Assembly (NCBI GenBank): GCA_963677485.1
Contig: OY781964.1
Location: 3,424,001-3,488,000, forward strand
Source: Armatimonadota bacterium
GTDB lineage: Bacteria > Armatimonadota > HRBIN16
Direction: 5' to 3'
DNA: 64,000 nt
The position numbers were made by a program, and so were the translations under genes. This document shows, piece after piece, positions 59,084 through 64,000 of the stretch (positions within the stretch are counted from its first letter, which is position 1; each line of letters starts with the position of its first letter). The notes under the pieces were generated by a model. The model saw only the letters and a program-made list of their open reading frames with translations. It did not search any database and had not been told where the DNA came from.

Positions 59084-59171
59084 GTGTGGATGAACCTCCG
59101 TAAAGTTGGCAATCGAGGATATTATAACGCTAATGGGAGGCAGGAGACAGGAGAAGAGGAGGGGAATTGGT

Positions 59172-59202
59172 TCACGCGAAGGCGCGAAGACGCGAAACGA
59201 AG
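59172..59202 (+). repeat. short triple repeat (RCGCGAAG-type)
   Basis: TCACGCGAAGGCGCGAAGACGCGAAACGAAG just downstream of tRNA-Pro. Confidence 0.7.
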
Positions 59203-59219
59203 GGGGAGAAAACGAAAAA

Positions 59220-59296
59220 TGGTCGGGGTGGCGGGACTTGAACCCACGACCTCTTGACCCCCAGTCAAGCGCGCTACCAAACTGCGCCACACCCCG
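59220..59296 (-). tRNA. tRNA-Pro(GGG)
   Basis: CGGGGTG acceptor stem, CTTGA-CT-GGG-GG-TCAAG anticodon arm, GTTCAAGTC, encoded CCA. Confidence 0.95.
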
Positions 59297-59307
59297 TAAC
59301 CAACAGA

Positions 59308-59336
59308 ATTATAACAGTTAGGCGCCCATCAGTCAA
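59308..59336 (-). promoter_or_regulatory. promoter for tRNA-Pro
   Basis: TTGACT-17 bp-TATAAT on minus strand. Confidence 0.75.
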
Positions 59337-59364
59337 GTAGGGGCAGGCCCACTGTGCCTGCCCT
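59337..59364. repeat. GTAG-type REP-like palindrome
   Basis: GTAGGGGCAGGCCCACTGTGCCTGCCCT. Confidence 0.7.
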
Positions 59365-59374
59365 CATTCGGTTC

Positions 59375-60616
59375 CTACGGGCCCGGCAGCGGCAGGATGC
59401 GGCGCTTGCCCGCGGCGTCGATGGTGCCCACGCTCGTCTCTGTCTGCCACCAGCAGTTGCGCACCTTGATCGGCTCCGTCAGCCATTTCGCGTGGCGGAC
59501 GTCCAGGATGCGGATGGGGTGGACATCCCTGTAAAGACCTGAGCTATATATGGCATAGTCTTTCGACCTTGAAATCATATAGATATCTTTGATTTTGCTA
59601 TCGGGAACAAGCTGAGACACAGGTTGGTGCTTTTCCGAGAGTGTGATGATTTCGATCACATCCTTGCCGTTTATCTTCTTGTCGCCGATCAAGGTGTTTT
59701 CATCAAACCACGACACTGGGTATTGAAACCCATGTTTCGCATGGATCTCTTGATCTAGCGAAGGGTGCCTGTTAGGGTTGGATCTCACCAGATGCCAACT
59801 GTATTCCGGAGCTGTTTGTCCCGGACGGCAATTATTTACCATGTAGATAACCTTTGCGCCATCAGGGCTAATGTCCGCTATCTCTGCACGGTCAAGCATG
59901 TCATCACGCCTGAAGTTTGGTAAATGACCTATTGAAAAAATGAAAACTACCCAGATTACGGATATTAGGGCAAAACCTGTTATCAACAGCCTGCTTCTGG
60001 AGTCCCACCGGCAGTACCTATGTAACAACAGCATCAGTATGGGTGTTGCCAACAAGGCTCCCCATATTGGATAGAAAGTTATTGGAGTTTTGCCAGCCGA
60101 GTTTGGTAATAGCACAACCAGCAAGGCGGTAGGAAAGGCCCAGAGCAGCATGTGAAGATTCGTCTCGAAACGGCCAAACACAGAAAGCCCAAACCCAAAA
60201 CACCATGCAAGAAATGTGAGCCCCACCGCTTTGATCAACCCATATTCCATTCCGTGAAGACTGAGGAACGGCCGGTATTCCGGCTGACATGCGATTAGGA
60301 ACACGACCAGGCCTAACAGTGCGGCCGCTATACTATAGACCAGTGCAAGCAATGCCTTTACATACATTAGCTTATCCAGGTTGACAGCCATCGACGCTCC
60401 ATATTCAAACGCCCTGGTCTCTTTTTCTCGGGAGATGGAATAGGCTCCAAACACCATGGAGATTATCGCTGGCAGAAATGCCCAACCTGTCGTACAGTCT
60501 ATGCTTCCTTGAAATGTGTAGGAAGTGCCGATTGCGACAATCAACATGGAGCTTAAACATAATACGAGCCCGTATATCCAGCATTCGCGGTGCTCTTTCC
60601 ACAGCAACCGTTTCAT
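59375..60616 (-). CDS. ABC-2 permease-like membrane protein with C-terminal beta-rich domain (type A, copy 2)
   Basis: LLWKEHRE and SREKE motifs, about 7 TM, ISPDG; paralog of 61866-63119. Confidence 0.65.
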   Translation of the reverse strand: MKRLLWKEHRECWIYGLVLCLSSMLIVAIGTSYTFQGSIDCTTGWAFLPAIISMVFGAYSISREKETRAFEYGASMAVNLDKLMYVKALLALVYSIAAALLGLVVFLIACQPEYRPFLSLHGMEYGLIKAVGLTFLAWCFGFGLSVFGRFETNLHMLLWAFPTALLVVLLPNSAGKTPITFYPIWGALLATPILMLLLHRYCRWDSRSRLLITGFALISVIWVVFIFSIGHLPNFRRDDMLDRAEIADISPDGAKVIYMVNNCRPGQTAPEYSWHLVRSNPNRHPSLDQEIHAKHGFQYPVSWFDENTLIGDKKINGKDVIEIITLSEKHQPVSQLVPDSKIKDIYMISRSKDYAIYSSGLYRDVHPIRILDVRHAKWLTEPIKVRNCWWQTETSVGTIDAAGKRRILPLPGP

Positions 60617-61869
60617 CTCTTTTCATCTCCTGTCCACTTTATGACTGGTCCCAGCGTCATGGTGTCTAGCTTTAGAATACGGGCTTCACCAGGTAGGTCA
60701 TCAACAAATGTCGCGATTTTTGGGCTACGGAACATCATTTCGTATATGTTACTGTCGTTGGCCATGATCAACTTCGTGGTGCGAGTAGGTATATCGATAA
60801 CCATGTAGTCATAACCTCGACCGAGTTTTGATTGGAGCCTGAGAAGAAGGTATCTGTTATCATCACTTGATATACTCAACACGTATGCGGAAGATTCTGG
60901 TTCATAGGTATATCGGTCGCGATTGATGGTGGTGATGATCGATATTTCGTTTGATTCATAGTTCCAGCGGATGATACTCGTGGCATCTTTCTTGCTATTT
61001 AATGCGATCGCTGATACAAACTGCCTGCCGTGAATACCTAACGGGACCACACGGTCCCAGTCTCCCCACCGTTTGATCTTTAACTGATAGGAACGCCCTG
61101 TCCTGTAGTCACTGAGTGTGGCGACCCCCTCAGGTTTCCGCGTCACTTCCAGCGATCGATCCGCCGTAATATGGTACCCATACTGACCCAAACGTTCACG
61201 GTCGTCACTGAGCATCTGCCGGATGCCAGCTATAAATACCCATACCAGGCAGATGGTCAGCACGAGTTGTAGAATGGTCGGTATGCGTTTGTGCAGGCGT
61301 GTCGAGAACACTAGAGATAAGGTTGCGATGATCACGCTCACGACTATGATGTTGGTAATCCCCAGCCCTAGGTTTGTCGGTTGATAGTGGAGACTGTTTC
61401 TATTGCCGGCATAATCAAGGAAGGCCGCTATGAATGGTATTGTCGTGAACATGGCTGGAAACCACGGATGCGACCATATACCCAAAGAGTAACCCAACAT
61501 ACCAGCACACACGAACCACGCCAACATGAAAGCTGTAGTGTATGAAAGAGAGCCTTTATGCAGCTCGGACACACAAGCGGTAAAGATAAGAGCACAACAA
61601 CATGCCCATATGGTGATGAGAATAATTGATGGGAGCTTGCTGTGTATCGTTGTGGTGTCGCCACTGGAATGATCTTTTTTACCTCGTGCGGCGGCTAAGG
61701 CCGTGATAATGTACACGATGGGTATGAGAATTAAAACGACAGCAGTATTTTTGTCTCTCCATTGAGCGATGCAAATCACCGCCACCCCCACCGCCAGCAC
61801 CGACGCCCAGCGCTTCCAGTCCTCGCGCCAGACCTTCCAAAACAGCCGCCCGAAAATACTCCAGCTCAT
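60613..61869 (-). CDS. multi-TM membrane protein with C-terminal beta-rich domain (type B, copy 2)
   Basis: RLFWKVWRE start, TM segments, LLLRLQSKLGRGYDY; paralog of 63116->64000. Confidence 0.65.
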   Translation of the reverse strand: MSWSIFGRLFWKVWREDWKRWASVLAVGVAVICIAQWRDKNTAVVLILIPIVYIITALAAARGKKDHSSGDTTTIHSKLPSIILITIWACCCALIFTACVSELHKGSLSYTTAFMLAWFVCAGMLGYSLGIWSHPWFPAMFTTIPFIAAFLDYAGNRNSLHYQPTNLGLGITNIIVVSVIIATLSLVFSTRLHKRIPTILQLVLTICLVWVFIAGIRQMLSDDRERLGQYGYHITADRSLEVTRKPEGVATLSDYRTGRSYQLKIKRWGDWDRVVPLGIHGRQFVSAIALNSKKDATSIIRWNYESNEISIITTINRDRYTYEPESSAYVLSISSDDNRYLLLRLQSKLGRGYDYMVIDIPTRTTKLIMANDSNIYEMMFRSPKIATFVDDLPGEARILKLDTMTLGPVIKWTGDEKR

Positions 61870-63119
61870 TGCCCGTTACCTCCCGGCAGCGGCAGGATGC
61901 GACGCTTGCCCGCGGCGTCGATGTAGCCCACGGAGCGGTCGCTCTGCCACCAGCAGTTGCGCACCTTGGTCGGCTCCGTCATCCACTTGGCGTGGCGGAC
62001 ATCGAGGATAAGCATATTGGCAGGACGGCTGTATTCAAAATCCGCATACATGACATAATCGCCGTTTGCCGATGGAGTAAACGCAAGTTGTTCACCGGAC
62101 TCCAGGGTGGGTACCTGAGGTATCGAATGTTGGTTATCTGCCAGGTTGACGACATTAGCATAGGGTTTGGAGTTCTTCTCTGAATAGACTATGGCGGTTT
62201 TGCTGTCTACCCACGCCTGTATACGCTTATAATAGGCTGCTCCCTTATAAACATCATCAATGCGATGAAGCAGTTTACCGTCACGGAGGTCGACGAACTG
62301 CCAGTGGTGTTTAATTTCTCGGCCGGGCTGTTCTGTCGACACGATGTACAGTGCTGTTGCGCCGTCTGGGCTGACTGTACGTAGCTGTCTGCTCATAGCC
62401 GGATATCGATAGGTGAAGGACTGATATTTACCGGCATACAGGGTGATGATTGCTGACAACACCATAATCGTGATGAATCCCGATTGCAATGGTGTCTTGT
62501 CCGAGTGCCAGCCACAGTGTCTATGCATAACTATCACAAGCAGCGGCGTGACCATCAACACCCAAGTTGACCATGATTCCCAGCGTGTGATTGGAGTGTT
62601 GTGGCTAGCGAATAGAGGAATCATCCAGGCCACCAATGATACCCACAATAGTATGTGCAGGTTGGTTTCAACGCGGGGATAGATGGACAAGCCGAAACCA
62701 TAGTACCAGCCCAGTGATGTCAACCCAACAGCAACTGCAACGCCACATCCCAGATCATGAAGGTTGATCAATTGCCTGTATTCTGGTCGGCACGCGAGGA
62801 GAAACACCACCATGCTGGCAATCGCTGCCACGATACTGTAGCTCAAAGCCATTAGCGCCTTAGCCAACACGAGTTTATCCAGGCTGATAGATCGTGAAAC
62901 CAAGCCTTCAAGACTGTGGTTCTCTTTTTCACGTGAGAGCGTTGATGCTCCCATGACCGCCGATATGATGACCGGTAGAACAGACCAGCCGGTGACCTCG
63001 TTGAGACGACCTTGAAATGTATACGAGGTTCCGATCGCTACAATCAGCATGGAGCTAATGACCAATGCGAGACCGTACAGCCAACACTCACGGTGCTCTT
63101 TCCAAAGTAGACGTCTCAT
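61866..63119 (-). CDS. ABC-2 permease-like membrane protein with C-terminal beta-rich domain (type A, copy 1)
   Basis: LLWKEHRE, SREKE, VSPDG. Confidence 0.65.
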   Translation of the reverse strand: MRRLLWKEHRECWLYGLALVISSMLIVAIGTSYTFQGRLNEVTGWSVLPVIISAVMGASTLSREKENHSLEGLVSRSISLDKLVLAKALMALSYSIVAAIASMVVFLLACRPEYRQLINLHDLGCGVAVAVGLTSLGWYYGFGLSIYPRVETNLHILLWVSLVAWMIPLFASHNTPITRWESWSTWVLMVTPLLVIVMHRHCGWHSDKTPLQSGFITIMVLSAIITLYAGKYQSFTYRYPAMSRQLRTVSPDGATALYIVSTEQPGREIKHHWQFVDLRDGKLLHRIDDVYKGAAYYKRIQAWVDSKTAIVYSEKNSKPYANVVNLADNQHSIPQVPTLESGEQLAFTPSANGDYVMYADFEYSRPANMLILDVRHAKWMTEPTKVRNCWWQSDRSVGYIDAAGKRRILPLPGGNGQ

Positions 63120-64000
63120 CGTGTGCTATCCTTCTTCCATCCAAGAATGGGTCCAAGGACCAGTGTGCTAGTATTGAGTAACCGGGCCCTGTTGTGCTCA
63201 CGATCGGTGAATATCGCGGTAGTGGGTGTTGGTATCTCCATGTCGTACTTCGGGTATGCGTTTGACATAATGATCTTCATTTCGTGAGTCCGGATGTCCA
63301 ATAACCAGTAGTCACATCCTTGCCCAAGTTTCGAGCGTAGTTTCAACAGCATCAGGCGTCCATCTTCGCTGACTGTGCCGATATGTACACCTTCTGATCC
63401 CTCGTAATACTGACTGTTATCGATATTTAAGATGGTCTTGACTTGATTTGATCTGTAGTTCCACTGAATGATTTGGCTGACTTGCTTCTGGCGATCAAAT
63501 GCTGTGGCCAACAGTGATTTGTTTGAACATACAGCCAAAGGCACTAAGGTATCCCATGATCCATGCTTCTTGATATCGAGAGTGTAGCTGTGTTTTGTTT
63601 TCAAGTCGTTCAGCACCAAATATCCATTTTCTGCACATGATGCTTGGAGGGAGCGATCCGATGATGTGATACTTTTGGGCATGTCCTGCGTTCTAATCCC
63701 ATCGTTGGACAAGTGTGCAACAACAGTCGTAAATGCCCAGATTATGCAAGCTGCTGTGGCGAACTGGAAGATTACAGGCCATCGAGTCTTGCGTTTTACT
63801 GCTTGTGTTAACGAGATATATAGTATTACACTGCTGGTAATGGCTATGTTTAATGACGATAATGCGGGAAATGCCACCGTATGTGATGCATCTCCATAGT
63901 AGTAAATATTGTCAGTTCCTAACATTATTACCAGCGTCGTTATTATGGCAGGCAACCAGGGATGCGCCCATATGCCAAGTGCGTACCCTGTTACCCCGGC
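63116..64000 (-). CDS. multi-TM membrane protein (type B, copy 1; 5' end outside window)
   Basis: MLLKLRSKLGQGCDY, LGPILGW; aligns with 60613-61869. Confidence 0.65.
   Translation of the reverse strand, partial: AGVTGYALGIWAHPWLPAIITTLVIMLGTDNIYYYGDASHTVAFPALSSLNIAITSSVILYISLTQAVKRKTRWPVIFQFATAACIIWAFTTVVAHLSNDGIRTQDMPKSITSSDRSLQASCAENGYLVLNDLKTKHSYTLDIKKHGSWDTLVPLAVCSNKSLLATAFDRQKQVSQIIQWNYRSNQVKTILNIDNSQYYEGSEGVHIGTVSEDGRLMLLKLRSKLGQGCDYWLLDIRTHEMKIIMSNAYPKYDMEIPTPTTAIFTDREHNRARLLNTSTLVLGPILGWKKDSTR

Noticed and set aside
59084-59290. N-terminal extension of the SGNH ORF
   Set aside because: It reads through tRNA-Pro and a repeat; an RBS supports the start at 59083
59382-62010. Diversity-generating retroelement TR/VR pair
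   Set aside because: Mismatches are not adenine-specific, both copies are coding gene ends, and no reverse transcriptase is present

Overview
A 64-kb bacterial chromosomal window. The gene types (PEP-CTERM, N-methylation/H-X9-DG prepilin-like protein, C-terminal dockerin-like domain, many secreted glycan-active enzymes, several URO-D/MT2-like proteins) suggest Armatimonadota or a similar lineage; this is inference. Housekeeping genes (hisA end, scpAB, smc, mnmE, D,D-carboxypeptidase, nudF, tRNA-Ser, tRNA-Pro) are interspersed with carbohydrate-utilisation genes. Mobile DNA: two near-identical IS3-family copies, one interrupting a beta-helix glycosidase gene with an unusually long 14-bp duplication and itself interrupted by an IS21-family element, the other lying in a decayed RHS gene. 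Other notable signals: a cobalamin riboswitch controlling a stand-alone prepilin-like (DUF1559-type) gene; a GH106-like gene split at a slippery A_AAA_AAC site; several families of short non-coding repeats and long palindromic elements; and an alternating B-A-B-A array of permease-like genes with GC-rich conserved junctions. No CRISPR array, rRNA or reverse transcriptase was seen. All family assignments come from motif recognition by eye, not database searches.
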